64,000 nt of DNA, taken from the NCBI GenBank assembly GCA_040285825.1, contig JAUPSS010000001.1:744001-808000 (forward strand), in the 5' to 3' direction. A program made the translations under genes and the position numbers. Below are positions 1-11,686 of the stretch, one piece after another; position 1 is the first letter of the stretch, and every line of letters starts with the position of its first letter. The DNA comes from Eukaryota sp. TZLM1-RC (lineage: Eukaryota > Protista > Metamonada: BaSk clade). Below the pieces are notes generated by a model. The model made no database searches and was not told where the DNA came from. It was given only the letters and a program-made list of their open reading frames with translations.

Positions 1-605
1 AATTTAGTCAGAGTGGAATTGCTCTCCAGAGCACGGGCGAGAGCACTAGCACCTTCAGAGGTAATGTTGTTGCCCCCAAGATCCAATTTAGTCAGAGTGG
101 AATTGCTCTCCAGAGCACGGGCGAGAGCACTAGCGCCTTCAGAGGTAATGTTGTTGCCCTCAAGATTCAATTCAGTCAGAGTGGAATTGCTCTCCAGAGC
201 ACGGGCGAGAGCACTAGCGCCTTCAGAGGTAATGTTGTTGAGACGAAGACCCAATCTAGTCAGAGTGGAATTGTTCTCCAAAGCACGGGCGAGAGAACTA
301 GCGCCTTCAGAGGTAATGTTGTTGGACTGAAGATGCAATATAGTCAGAGTGGAATTCCTCTCCAGAGCACGGGCGAGAGCACTAGCGCCTTCAGTGGTAA
401 TGTTGTTGCTCACAAGATACAATTTAGTCAGAGTGGAATTCCTCTCCAGAGCACGGGCGAGAGCACTAACGCCTTCAGAGGTAATTTTGTTGCCCGAAAG
501 ATACAATGTAGTCAGAGTGGAATTGCTCTCCAGAGCACGGGCGAGAGCACTAGCGTCTTCAGAGGTAATTTCGTTGTCCTGAAGATACAATTTAGTGATG
601 GAACC
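1..605 (-). repeat. 84-bp tandem coding repeat (28-aa RI/NLRC3-like LRR)
   Basis: Unit xLxLxxNNITSEGASALARALESNSTLT repeated every 84 nt. Confidence 0.95.
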
Positions 606-2123
606 ATTAACCAAACCCTCAACACCCTTCTTCACCCTATCCCCCAAACCATTCCAATTTACATTCGACTTGATGTCTTCCAAAATTTCTTCCTTTGATG
701 GAGGATGATGATCATCGATATTGTTCAAAGGTTGATTACAATGGCACTTTCTCAACAACGCTTCAAGGTCAGCAATTCTGCTTGCTAAGTCAGAATTAGT
801 TCTACTGAGTAGAGTATTTTGCTTTTCCAATTCATCAATGGTAGATCTAAGGTTGGCAATTTCTGTATCTTTCTCAGCAATACCGGCTTTGCTGGCATTT
901 AAAGCTTCTTCCATGGTGGCAATTCTAGCATCACGTTCTTCCAAAGAGTGACTGAGGTGTTGATTGGAGGCATTGATACCGGCCCTTTCTTCTTCCAACC
1001 GGGCAATTCTGGAATCCCGTTCTGTCAAATCGTTGGTGAGTTGTTGATTGGAAGCCTCCAAATCAGTAACATTCTTTCGTAGAGACTCGATTGTGGAGTT
1101 GGCAGATTGCAGTTGCGTTTGAACATCATTGTTAATATTAATAGGATTTTCATCACCTTCTTCAGCAAAGTCATCCAATTGATCCAAAACTAGAAGAACT
1201 TGAGCAATACTTGGTCTGGCAGCTGGATCTGAAGAGCAACATTGGGCGATTAATTCTTTGAGCACACTGGGAACATGTTCACCCAAAGCAAATGGTGTCT
1301 TAAAATACTTAGCTCCCATTATGGCAAGCTGATCCATATTGACAAATGGCCTATAATTACAAAGTAACTCACAAAGGATTATTCCAATTGCATAGATGTC
1401 TGAGGCAAGAGACAATTTGTTCTCAAACTGTTCCAAGGCTGCATACCGTGCTGTACATGATAGATTGGTAGCCGTGGAAGTCTTGGCAACAGTCCTGGAT
1501 GTTCCAAAATCGGCTAATTTGATTTGCCCATTGACAAAAAGAATGTTTTCGGGCTTGAGATCTCCGTGTGCAAGAAATTTGGAGTGCAGGAAACGGACTG
1601 CCTGGCAGATCTTCTTGGCAAACAAGAGACTTTGTTTACTCAACCTTGACGGCACTGGCAGAGAACCTTCAGCAAGTTCCATAATTATGGCAAGTCTGTC
1701 CATTAAGCTGACCAGACCAAAAACACGGAGGATAAAGGGATGATCAATCTTGGCCATGATACCAATCTCTTTCCTCAGTCGTTTCTTACCTTCTTCTGTG
1801 AGAGCAACAGTCTTGGCGGCGACGTCTGAATCAAACCAAGAAGCAGCAAACACCTGGGCATATCCTCCTTGACCAATCATGTGCAAAAGTTTGACCTGGT
1901 TAGAGGGAATGTGTACACAGAGGTCCTCCTTGCAAGAAGCTTTGGCTATATCGCGCAAACTGAGGTTGACTTCCGGTGACGGCAGGATATCTTCATTGCA
2001 GATCGGACAGGATTCCACAGCATCAGAGCATACACCGCATACACTATGGCGCTGACTGCAAACTACCAGTGGCACACGAGACTCTTCGTTGAAATCCATT
2101 GAACAATGTGGACACGAGTGCAT
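1..2123 (-). CDS. RING finger - protein kinase - coiled coil - LRR protein, copy 1 (3' end runs off the window start)
   Basis: ATG at 2123 (MHSCPHC...). Near-identical to ORF 36080..38461 through RING, kinase (GQGGYA, VAAK, HGDLKPEN, DFG) and stalk. At least 7 full 84-bp LRR units lie in 1-600. Absent from the ORF track, presumably because there is no stop in the window. Confidence 0.9.
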   Translation of the reverse strand, partial: MHSCPHCSMDFNEESRVPLVVCSQRHSVCGVCSDAVESCPICNEDILPSPEVNLSLRDIAKASCKEDLCVHIPSNQVKLLHMIGQGGYAQVFAASWFDSDVAAKTVALTEEGKKRLRKEIGIMAKIDHPFILRVFGLVSLMDRLAIIMELAEGSLPVPSRLSKQSLLFAKKICQAVRFLHSKFLAHGDLKPENILFVNGQIKLADFGTSRTVAKTSTATNLSCTARYAALEQFENKLSLASDIYAIGIILCELLCNYRPFVNMDQLAIMGAKYFKTPFALGEHVPSVLKELIAQCCSSDPAARPSIAQVLLVLDQLDDFAEEGDENPININNDVQTQLQSANSTIESLRKNVTDLEASNQQLTNDLTERDSRIARLEEERAGINASNQHLSHSLEERDARIATMEEALNASKAGIAEKDTEIANLRSTIDELEKQNTLLSRTNSDLASRIADLEALLRKCHCNQPLNNIDDHHPPSKEEILEDIKSNVNWNGLGDRVKKGVEGLVNGSITKLYLQDNEITSEDASALARALESNSTLTTLYLSGNKITSEGVSALARALERNSTLTKLYLVSNNITTEGASALARALERNSTLTILHLQSNNITSEGASSLARALENNSTLTRLGLRLNNITSEGASALARALESNSTLTELNLEGNNITSEGASALARALESNSTLTKLDLGGNNITSEGASALARALESNSTLTK

Positions 2124-3189
2124 TGCGAGAAAACAAGATGATTTCCAAAATTGCCAATGAATAATTTCTATTTCCCTTTGATCATCGTTACTAGGTGCCA
2201 TTTCACACAACATATTTCACATATTTGTTACATTCTATATGTGCCCCATATAGACCACCATTTATTACTCAATTTTGGGTATTTCGTGCTACATGAGAAT
2301 TCCCATAATGAAAATGACACTTTGAGCAAAGACTTCATACACCTGGACCCGTGTATTACAATCCAAGACTTCCCTCCAAGCAAACCTTCGGCCAATCACG
2401 CCTTTCCACAGCTCCTCCCGAATTCATAACATGCCTAAACAGTTCACAATTGAAAGGAATGGATGAAATACGGGATGAAGGAATAGATGTGCGAGATAGC
2501 TGAGAACGGTCCTTGTTGTCTATGTTCTTTCATTCATGAATGTATTGGAACAGAGAAAGGTGAAAAACGTTGAATCTGTCTTTTAACTACATTTTTTATT
2601 GTCAATTTCAAGTGGGCAAATTCCCAATACTGACACGATCAATTTTGTTGTCGATAATTTCAAATACTGTCTACTATTTACTGCTCAAATAATGAGGCCT
2701 TTAATTGCCACTCATTCTGGCTTCAGCAATTACTAACATATCGATTTGTGTTAGCTCATTTCTATAGAGTGAACTATTGAATGGGTTATTTTTGATAAAT
2801 AGTGTTGTCGCCCTAAGGCTTACATAATTTGATTAGAAAATGAATCAACTTTTTCTCATTCATATTATCTCAGACTTTCTTTAGACTTTCGGCAATGATA
2901 TAACTGAAGAAATGGGGAGATAGATCATCTTTGTATTTCGATTTTTGCCGTTAGTTAATTTAAGGTATTGTGTAAAGAAGCTTCAACAAAAACTGACAGT
3001 AATATTTGAAGATTTCGATCATGAAGTACGTTTTGACATGTCCAAACAAAAAATCCCGCTTTTGCAAATTTTTTACTGGATGTTTGTAATAGTTCTGCGT
3101 CTTGTTTAATTAATCATGTACGAACAAATGATAATTTGTTTCTAGAATACCCTTGCTTTTCATTATCTTTGTGTCTTTGATCTTTTATT

Positions 3190-3400
3190 TTGGCCTGATA
3201 ATCTTCCCCATGGTTTAATTTGTAAATGTGGGAAGACTGTCACTCCAACCCATTTATTTATTTGTAATCGTTTTATTACTTTTAGATCAAAAGTGGATGA
3301 TGCAGTCCGTGATCAGCTTTATTGTATGTGTAAACCCTACATGGTTGAATCCTTTTAGAACCATTGCTGCCAAATTTGGCTGACGCATCTGACAGAATTA
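3190..3400 (+). mobile_element. CRE-like non-LTR retrotransposon remnant (zinc finger / RLE start)
   Basis: Translates FWPDNLPHGLICKCGK..HLFICNRFITFRSKVDDAVRDQLYCMCK..FLEPLL, homologous to 26190-26375. Confidence 0.8.
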
Positions 3401-3506
3401 CAATTGACCTAAGGACAGGCTTTGTTATCGCCAGCAGCAGATTATTTGAAACCATGGTGTCATCACTCTCTGTTCTCGAGCACAATTTCAAGGTGTTTAT
3501 TGGGGC

Positions 3507-5913
3507 AACAAGTTTTTTCCGATGTCTCCAATGATGAGAACTAAGAAAGCCTAAACAGGAAGCTCCTAGAATAATAGAAAAAGGATCTCTTATAGATAGA
3601 ATAGATACCCAAGCAAACACTACTGCCACTGTATGCATGAAAGCTGGGCCAAGTAGTTGGAATTGCGATGTAAATAAAGCAATCACAGGCGACGTGATTG
3701 ATGGGGAAGGTGATTTGATGAAGGAGGTAGAAATGATTAATTGAATAACCAAAGGTAATAAAATTAAAGCATGCTCTAGACAAAAAACAGAGTCACAATG
3801 GTTGAGTGAGGGTAATGCAAATATTTTAAATATGGGACTTTTAATAAAATCTTGAGGCAATGCTATTGATAAATAAGTAATTGTTAATCGAGTTATTGTT
3901 AAAATTGAGGTTATTAGATAAAGCAGCTTCCTACTAGTTCCGTTTGTGTGTTTGATTAGAGTTAAATCAAAAATACAAATTATTAACGGTATTAGATTTA
4001 AAATATATGGTTGGAATGTTGAAATTACTAGAATGAAAACGACTAAATTTTTGATAATTGAAGGTCTTGAAAGGGAAATGAAGCGCTGATTAAAGTCAAT
4101 TCCCTTAAGAAAAACAAAAGATAATACTGGAAAAATAAGAAAAACAAATCGATCAAATAAAAGGTCAAAATGATAACGTGATATCACGTCTACATAATGA
4201 GCTGGGAGAAGTGTGGATAAATAATCCATTACTGGGGTGTATTGGATTATAAATAAACTAGCAATGACCATAACCAAACTAGAAAATCCGATAAAGTCAA
4301 TTAAAGAATTTCGAATTCCAACAATTGGGAGTAAAACAATAACCACAAAGATTGCTAATATAACAATTTCCAATAAACAAACTCTAAATAACAAGTATAT
4401 GCTGATAAAGCAAACTCCAATTACTGATTTGAATTTTAAGAATAAAGGAGATTGAAAAGACAAAGAGGTTCTACTTTCACCATCTATTCTTCTTAGTAAA
4501 TAATTTAAATGAGATAAAGAAGAAATTAAAATAAACATAATAACTGAATAATAATAAGATTGGGTCTTACAAAGGCCCAACACAATTGCGAATTGGGAAT
4601 CACAGATTGAGGAAATAAAAGAAGAGAAAGTGGAATAAAATAGTAAAACAAAACCAAAAGAAATAAATAACACCAAATTTGTAATTTTTTTATTTGATGA
4701 TAAAGGATGAAGAATATAATGAACTGATAATAAGAATAGTAAAATAAATGGAACTGTAGGTAAATTTAAGGTGATTAATAAAGATGCAGTAAAAACAATA
4801 ATAGAGTGGTCAATTGTGTAAATAATTCTCAAAAATTTCAAAAAGTACCTATGCTGACGTGGCGAAAACGTCACCAATAGACCAAAAGGGTTCAAAAATA
4901 GAAAGAAAGCTGCTGAAAGTAACGTCACAGCTCTTGGTTGTTTAGAAAAAGAAATAAATGTTAAATTAATTGAAATAATAGAAAATAATAAAACTCTATA
5001 ACCTCGTTTGAAACCACAAGTTCTTAATTTAAAAATAATCAGAATCATTCCATATATCAGCAACGGAATCAGCCAAGGTGAAGGGTAAAAGAAGGTAGCA
5101 ATTAATACTAATCCACATGAGAAAAAAGAAATTACAGATGCTACACTAATAGAAGCAGTTGTGTCAGGAACAAAAGAAAGAGAGATTAGACTAGGTTCAA
5201 CACTATCTGCTTGGGGAATACGGTGATGTGGAGAGAAAAAGTAAGGGGATGAGTGAAGATAAATGGAGAGAATTAGGGTAAGAATGTGTAGTGTGGAGAA
5301 GAAAGACACAGGAAGTGGAAGGAGAGTAGATGGATCATGAAAGTAAGGAAGGGAGAGAGTAGAGGAGAGAAGAATGTAGTAGAGGTGGGAAAATGAACAA
5401 ATGGAGAAGATCTTATGGTAGAGGTTGTGGGAGAGGAGAGGAGAAGTTGGAGATGACAAAACAAGCGATATGAGGGTGAAGAAGACGAAGTAGGTGGGTG
5501 TGGGGACGAAAGAGAAGGAAAGTAGGATGAGAATGGTTTTGAGATAAAACATTGGACAGGAGAGGGACATGTGAGGAGAGCGTGCATGAAGAAGGTTGCA
5601 GTCGAAGATAGATGAATAACAAGAAAACAAGTGAACCATAGTACGCAAATGGTGGTATACATAGTGAATCAGAACAAGTACCTATATATAAAGACTGAAG
5701 AAGGGGGAGGTCAAATGGAATGATTACTGCAGAAGCGACTAAACCAAGAAAGGATAATGCAAAAGAGAGCAGCGGGGGCTATTTCTGATTCGGAAGCTTA
5801 ATAGCAAGAAAAAGCGAAGGAACAAAAGCAAATATGAAATAAGATTGTCTAGATAAAAGACAAACGAACAAGGTAGCAGGTAGTAGAAGTGACGAAAGTA
5901 CGGGCTTAACCAT
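3507..5913 (-). pseudogene. Piezo 5' part, 3'-truncated duplicate
   Basis: Near-identical to 52065-54469. Breaks at about 3507 into unrelated and retroelement sequence. 1-nt frameshift in an A run near 5548. Confidence 0.85.
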
Positions 5914-5989
5914 GGTTCCAAGGTGTAGTTGAGATATGATCTTTCGTCAACACCTGAACCTGAACGAAAAGTGAAAATCGAACATTGAA

Positions 5990-6570
5990 TATATGTATTT
6001 ATTGAATTTGCACACTTAATTTAATTAATTCATTACTAATGGGACGACTATCATTGAACCAAGATTTCCTCTACAAAATCTTGATCTGCTTGCTGTCTAG
6101 CTAAAGCTCCTCTAATTCGATTGAAAAACCGAGGTAATCTTTTAATAATGGCAAATTGAATCTCGTGATCGCCATAAAAAAATATCAAATCTTTCATTGT
6201 TTTTTCTTGCACCATTTTTTGGAAGTCATCCAAAAAAGTTTCTGCTTCAACTGATCATCTTCCATTTATCGAAAATGGGAAAGCAATAAAAACCAGCTGT
6301 GTATTTCTATCGACATTAGCCTCTTTAATATCTTTATCATATTTTCTATGTTTCTCCTTTGCTTTAAAATCCAGAGCAGCCACAGGATTAAGTTTTCTTC
6401 TGTGAACCAAGGTATCATTTGCAACATTACATGAGACAAAGTCAACAGTAGCTTCAGAATTATCAATCCAATCACGGTATACATCACCTCTATCATCAGA
6501 ACCAAAATTATTCAGAGAAAGTGTTTCCTTCAGCAGGGGCTCTTTGATACACGATATTCTTGCAGTTTGT
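5990..6570 (-). mobile_element. 3' fragment of a CRE-like retrotransposon (family C, RLE domain)
   Basis: Reverse complement of about 55300-55890; KEPLL..RGDVY..D..K..KY RLE motifs, then AATAAA and an AT tail. Confidence 0.85.
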
Positions 6571-6849
6571 TTTTATTGTCCAATTTATATTTTTTGGTTG
6601 AATCTTATCCTTTTCAAGTGTCAGCAAGAAGAATAGTTGCTATTGCTACTGACTGCATTTCACTGATGAAAAGATTACTCTTTCCAAAGGCTACAATAAA
6701 AAACTTTCTGCTAAAAAATCTCATCTTTGGGCGATTCATAACGTATAATAAAAGAAGCACCATGGGCGGTGGCTTGAAAGTGTTGCAAGATCAGTATTTC
6801 ATGTTGATTGTTAGTAGGAAAAATAGCCTTTTTTGTTATTAATAAAATT

Positions 6850-7200
6850 TATTTTTTATATAAAAATAAAGAAACAATAAAGCTCTACATGCTCAAAATT
6901 TGTCTCTCCACCATCGAAACAGTTAATTACTCAAGATTCTGAAAATCGACCAAAGGAAGATAGTGAATGAGACATATATTTGACCATTCCCTTCTGAATG
7001 TATAGAATTGTTTAACTTCCACACTTAAATGAACTCATAAATAATTAATTGAAAATTCAATCCTGTTCTGCCAGTAAATATGATTGGAAATATTTCCAGT
7101 TCTTTCCTTTACAAGTACGCAGAAATATTCTAGAAAGGCCTAAACAACCTTAACTAAAGAAACGAGCAAAGAAATAAAGGGACATGGATTTTATTGGACA
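6850..7200 (-). mobile_element. degraded 3' remnant of a CRE-like element
   Basis: Minus strand reads ..ERTGNISNHIYWQNRIEF.., like ERTGRIFNRVYWQNRIVF at about 26730-26785. Confidence 0.6.
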
Positions 7201-7255
7201 TGAGAATTGTTACTAATAGAAGGAATAGGTCAGCGTATTTAACAATTATGTGTTT

Positions 7256-8610
7256 TTGGAAGAGATTAATCATTTGAAAGCCAAAGTAGAATCTGATAAG
7301 GTCAAAATTGCTGACGTTACCAATCAATTAAATGAAATGACGGTCAAAAATCAGGAATTTTCAAAACTTTATGAAGAATTACAACGAAATTTCAACAAAG
7401 TTAGTGAAGAAAAACAAGACTTGGAAGCTCAAAATCAAGACATTTCCGATCAAACTCAAGAGCTTCGGTCAAATTTAACCTTGACTGAGGAACAGTGTTA
7501 AAATTTTAAGTCTCAGTTAGAAGAGATCACTTCGAAATATTCAGAATGTCAGAAAACTTGTCAGCTCAAAACTGACTCGTTGGTTAGATTAGAAACAAAT
7601 TATTACTTGGTTGTGCTAGAAAAAGAAAAATTAGGTAGTGTTATATCCGAAAGAGAACTTGAATTGGATCAAATTAAAGCAAAAATTAGTAGTAACTCGG
7701 AGAGTGAAAAGGAATTAATTCTGGAAAAGGAACAGTTAAACTCAATTACAGTAAAAATAATGAATTATCAAGTGCATTAGATGAGTTGGGTCTGTTGAAT
7801 AGTGAATTAAAAGAAGAAATTAAGAAAAATGAAAAAGATAATGGTGATAAAATTGAATTATTAAAAGAAAAAGATGCTGAAATTAATTCAAAGAATCAAG
7901 AATTATTGATGAAAAGTTCTAAATTTGCAGAATTAAATTCATCAATTGCTGAATTAACTACTCAAATCAAATCTCTAACGTCTGAAAAAGAATCACTGGA
8001 ATCAGAGATTATGTCACTTAAAGCCAGTAATTCGGAATTATCAACCGAGAATCAATCAAATTGTCAATCAATCAAGAATACTCAAGACTTGATTGCTGAA
8101 TTGAATACAGAAATTCAATTTAAGTCTACGTTAATTGTTGAATTGGAGTCAAAAATTACTCAGTTAGAGGAAACCATTCAGTCACAACGTTCAGAATTCA
8201 AAACATTTTCAACTTCTTTCAATGAGCTTTATGATCTTTTTTGTGATCTCTCCGAAAAATCTACCAATTATTCATCAGTTATTAAATCACTTTCTGTTTC
8301 CTTGAACCAATCAGAATCAGCTTTCAAGGATCTTTCTGACTCTCATGAAGAATTAGAAGGGCAATATGGGAAAATTAAAGAAATTAATGAAGAATTTGTT
8401 GCTATCATTGACTCTTTGAAAAATTGTGTAGCCGACCGATCGGAAATCATTGAAAATTTGGAAAAGGAAGTTTTGGGTTTAAAGGGAGAAATTTCAGAAA
8501 TGTCCACTAACAGTGATCAGTTGGCGGTCAATATTAATGAAAAAAACAATCAATTGATTCAAAAATTGAAACAAAAATTAATGGATAAGCAAAAGGAAAC
8601 GGTAGAGCTC
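7256..8610 (+). pseudogene. long coiled-coil protein fragment (stop at 7499, frameshifts, small deletion near 7750)
   Basis: E/K/L/N-rich heptad ORFs 7250..7501, 7580..7780 and 7786..8841. The same sequence occurs inverted in the terminal tandem array. Confidence 0.7.
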
Positions 8611-8755
8611 AAGAGCAGGGGAAGAGATCAAACTTCTAAAATTTTAGCCTTGACGTCGATCACAGTCGTTGTCGAAGATGGATCACCAATTAATCATTCT
8701 GTAATTGACGAAAATTTGGCTCAACTATTACCGAATTCACAGACAATCTATCTAA

Positions 8756-10759
8756 ATGGCCAAATATTGGCTGACATTTCATTGTTCGAATATTTGGTCT
8801 TTTTCAAAAGAAGATCAATCAGAGATCATTCAATCAATTGACACTTCCAACCAAAATTTTAGAATTTCTTTTAATGAATTCTATATATTCGAACTAGTCT
8901 TCATTCCTTGTCCAAATTTCTCAACTCTGAAACACGTCATTGACCAGAGCCTCACTTCCACAAAGCACAAGATCACTTTGTTTGGGGATAGAAGAGTTGT
9001 TCTGGTTAGCACAGAGGATGAATGTGTTCTAAAAAGAGGTACGATTTTTAATTGTAGAATTAAAGGGAAAAATAGAGAAATTACATTAGTTTTGGTTGAG
9101 GAATTCAATCCTGCTCTTGCGTATCCTGTTTGTTTTGCCGAAGAAAAGGCCCATGTTGATTTGGCTCTGCATTACTATGGAAATTTAGTCGAAAATTACA
9201 ATGATCAATTAATCCATTTCCTAATCAATTCCTATGACCTTCCCTCTCTTAGACGAAGATTCAACAATTGTTATAGGCTTGTGTTGTGCATCATATTAGC
9301 TCATGCTTTGAGAGTCGTGAATGCCAATGGTTATGCTCTGAATGGTGAATCCTTTATTAGATTGAATTGTAATTTGCTATGTAATTCTGTCTATTTTTTT
9401 GACGATTTTTTTAATCATGATTTTGATTTTGTTGCAACTAATGAGGTTAAACCGATCGAGTTTTTGGAAAAAGACTGTCTTGAATGTGCGATTGGCCTTG
9501 ATCCTACCACTAACCGTGTTGGTGTCCTCAACATGGCTAATGAGGAACATCCTGGTGGTGGTTATCTCACGGGTGCCAGTGCTCAGGAAGAATCACTTTT
9601 CAGAAGAACAACTCTAGGTGCTGCTTTGGATCCTGAACAGTATGGTGGACAGGTAGTTTCTGGCCAAAGGGTAGCATATCCATGGAAAACAGCTAAAATT
9701 GATGTTGTAGTTACCGAAAATGTGGAAATTTTCAAAACAACGGAAGCTACTGGATGTCAATTGCTTGAAAAACCACAAAGAGTTACCATTATAAGTACTG
9801 CTGCTCCTCAAAATCCACAAAAAAAGGAAGTCGAAAACTTTGGTGAAGACTATGCTCATTTTGATGATTTGCAATTACTATACAAGAGATGGACTTGTGT
9901 CTTTTTAGCTGCCATTAAACACAGAATTACTCATTTAGTGATTTGCCCTCTTGGTTGTGGAGCTTTCAAAAACCCTATTCCTGGTGCAATGACTGTTTTA
10001 TCATTTGTACTTTCCATTTTCCACAAGTTTTTTGATTCAATTATATTTAGTGGATTTGGGGATTGTCTAGCACAATGCCAAGATTTAATTAAATACGATT
10101 TAATTCAAAATTCTCGAAATTTTATGCTTCCATGTCAGGATTTGCTCTTTCCCTGCCAACGTGTTGAAGAAAGAGATCATATTTCAAAATTTCACCATGT
10201 CCCACGTTGCCCCTTTAAAAATTGTAACCAGTTGGCTTCACTATCTCATCGAACATTTTTTCAACATTTTACATCCACAAAATTGTTTCAAAAACCAAGA
10301 TTTTCCTCTATTACTAAAAGTGCTCCTAATATAAACTCTGAACTACCCCAATGTCCTAATCCTTATACCTGCGAGTATTACTATGTGGATCATATGGGAA
10401 AGACCTCCGAGGGAGCCAAGCATTTAAGGGGGTTTAAACATATTTGTCGATATTCAGGATTTTGTAAAGATGTGGAAAACGAGGAACACTGCAGACTATT
10501 TGACCACGTTGAGCTGGAAGTATGTGAACATGGGGTAAGTTGTGAAGGTCTTAAGGATCCTCTTCATCGCTTCACTTTTTCCCATGAACCTATACCAGTG
10601 ATTCCTTATAAGTGCAAGTTTGGCGACAAGTGTGATAGGAAAAACGACCCTTCTTGTTATAGAAAATATGGGCATTGGAATGTCAACCAAGATCCTGAAT
10701 TTGTCAAGAAATCTTTTTTGAAGAAAATTGTCAAAAGTTGTCTCATTCTTGACTTATAA
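8756..10759 (+). CDS. bacterial-type poly(ADP-ribose) glycohydrolase (DUF2263/TIGR02452) with about 6 C-terminal PBZ-like CCHH zinc fingers; true start uncertain (likely frameshift near 8800)
   Basis: VLNMANEEHPGGGYLTGASAQEESLFRRT (GGG-x6-QEE signature), LGCGAFKNP; C-terminal repeats such as CRYSGFCKDVENEEHCRLFDH and CEHGVSCEGLKDPLHRFTFSH. Confidence 0.85.
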   Translation: MAKYWLTFHCSNIWSFSKEDQSEIIQSIDTSNQNFRISFNEFYIFELVFIPCPNFSTLKHVIDQSLTSTKHKITLFGDRRVVLVSTEDECVLKRGTIFNCRIKGKNREITLVLVEEFNPALAYPVCFAEEKAHVDLALHYYGNLVENYNDQLIHFLINSYDLPSLRRRFNNCYRLVLCIILAHALRVVNANGYALNGESFIRLNCNLLCNSVYFFDDFFNHDFDFVATNEVKPIEFLEKDCLECAIGLDPTTNRVGVLNMANEEHPGGGYLTGASAQEESLFRRTTLGAALDPEQYGGQVVSGQRVAYPWKTAKIDVVVTENVEIFKTTEATGCQLLEKPQRVTIISTAAPQNPQKKEVENFGEDYAHFDDLQLLYKRWTCVFLAAIKHRITHLVICPLGCGAFKNPIPGAMTVLSFVLSIFHKFFDSIIFSGFGDCLAQCQDLIKYDLIQNSRNFMLPCQDLLFPCQRVEERDHISKFHHVPRCPFKNCNQLASLSHRTFFQHFTSTKLFQKPRFSSITKSAPNINSELPQCPNPYTCEYYYVDHMGKTSEGAKHLRGFKHICRYSGFCKDVENEEHCRLFDHVELEVCEHGVSCEGLKDPLHRFTFSHEPIPVIPYKCKFGDKCDRKNDPSCYRKYGHWNVNQDPEFVKKSFLKKIVKSCLILDL

Positions 10760-10951
10760 ATAAAGTTTCATTAACGAATTTTTCTCTACTAATGCTAGTG
10801 TCTATTCATCAAGTCTATTGAATTTATGGTGTCAAAATGTTGATTGATTGAATCATCTTGATTGATTGAATCACTTGTAGTTACTTTAACAGCACATCAT
10901 TTTTTACACATACCCAAACAATACTCTTCAGAAAATCAAACCACAAAAACA

Positions 10952-11686
10952 CTATATCTCACAACACCACCCTTTGAATGCCAGACTCGTTCTCTGTTCG
11001 AAATGTTTCTTAGCATCCTCAAGCAACTCGTTAACATTTCCGAAGTGAGGTAAATGTGTAAGTAAAAGATGATTTACTGACGCTTTTTGAGCAATTCTCG
11101 CTGCTTCTGTACTTGTTAAGTGTCCATAAGGCACTGCATCTTGCCAAGGATAGAAGCTCGCCTCGCAAATGAACAAATCTACATCACTAACAAACTCTGC
11201 CAATGTCTCATGATAGGCAGTGTCTCCTGAATAAGCTACTGATTTGGATCCACAAGTAGCCTTAATGGCAAATGATTTAATTGAGTGGATATTTTCATGA
11301 AATTCCAACTCAAATGGACCTATTGTTTTTCGGCTTTGCGGGTCATATGGAACAGTGTCAACAAATGGAGGTTTCTTTAACTTTGACAGTGTATCCTGAT
11401 CATACGATGGGCCATATACTTTGAGTGGAGAATTCACCTTGCCTAGCTGTGTTTCCACTAGCCTAGCGTATTGTAGTGGACCTACGTCAGCAATATGATC
11501 ATGGTGGTAGTGGGAGATGACAACTGCATGCAATTCGGTGTAAGAAACGAAGTGCAACATGTTGGACAATACACCACTACCACAATCAATAAGGACATTG
11601 AAACCATCGTGCTGGAGCAAATAACCAGAGGTAGCGTCATTAGCTTTAGGATATCCTGCCCAGTGGCCTATAACAGTTAGTTTCAT
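10952..11686 (-). CDS. MBL-fold metallo-hydrolase, YhfI / RNase Z-like family (244 aa from ATG 11686)
   Basis: LIDCGSG, SHYHHDHIAD (HxHxDH), YSGDT, DLFICEASF, GHLT, LLLTHLPH; from memory, closely resembles Bacillus YhfI. Confidence 0.9.
   Translation of the reverse strand: MKLTVIGHWAGYPKANDATSGYLLQHDGFNVLIDCGSGVLSNMLHFVSYTELHAVVISHYHHDHIADVGPLQYARLVETQLGKVNSPLKVYGPSYDQDTLSKLKKPPFVDTVPYDPQSRKTIGPFELEFHENIHSIKSFAIKATCGSKSVAYSGDTAYHETLAEFVSDVDLFICEASFYPWQDAVPYGHLTSTEAARIAQKASVNHLLLTHLPHFGNVNELLEDAKKHFEQRTSLAFKGWCCEI

Noticed and set aside
13-698. Plus-strand ORFs with ELLSRARARALAPSEV or QSTGESTSAF repeats (also 36017-37126 and 45952-46641)
   Set aside because: Antisense shadows of the LRR repeats
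3282-3506. C-terminus of the 788-aa membrane ORF as a novel domain
   Set aside because: Read-through from truncated Piezo into unrelated and antisense retroelement sequence
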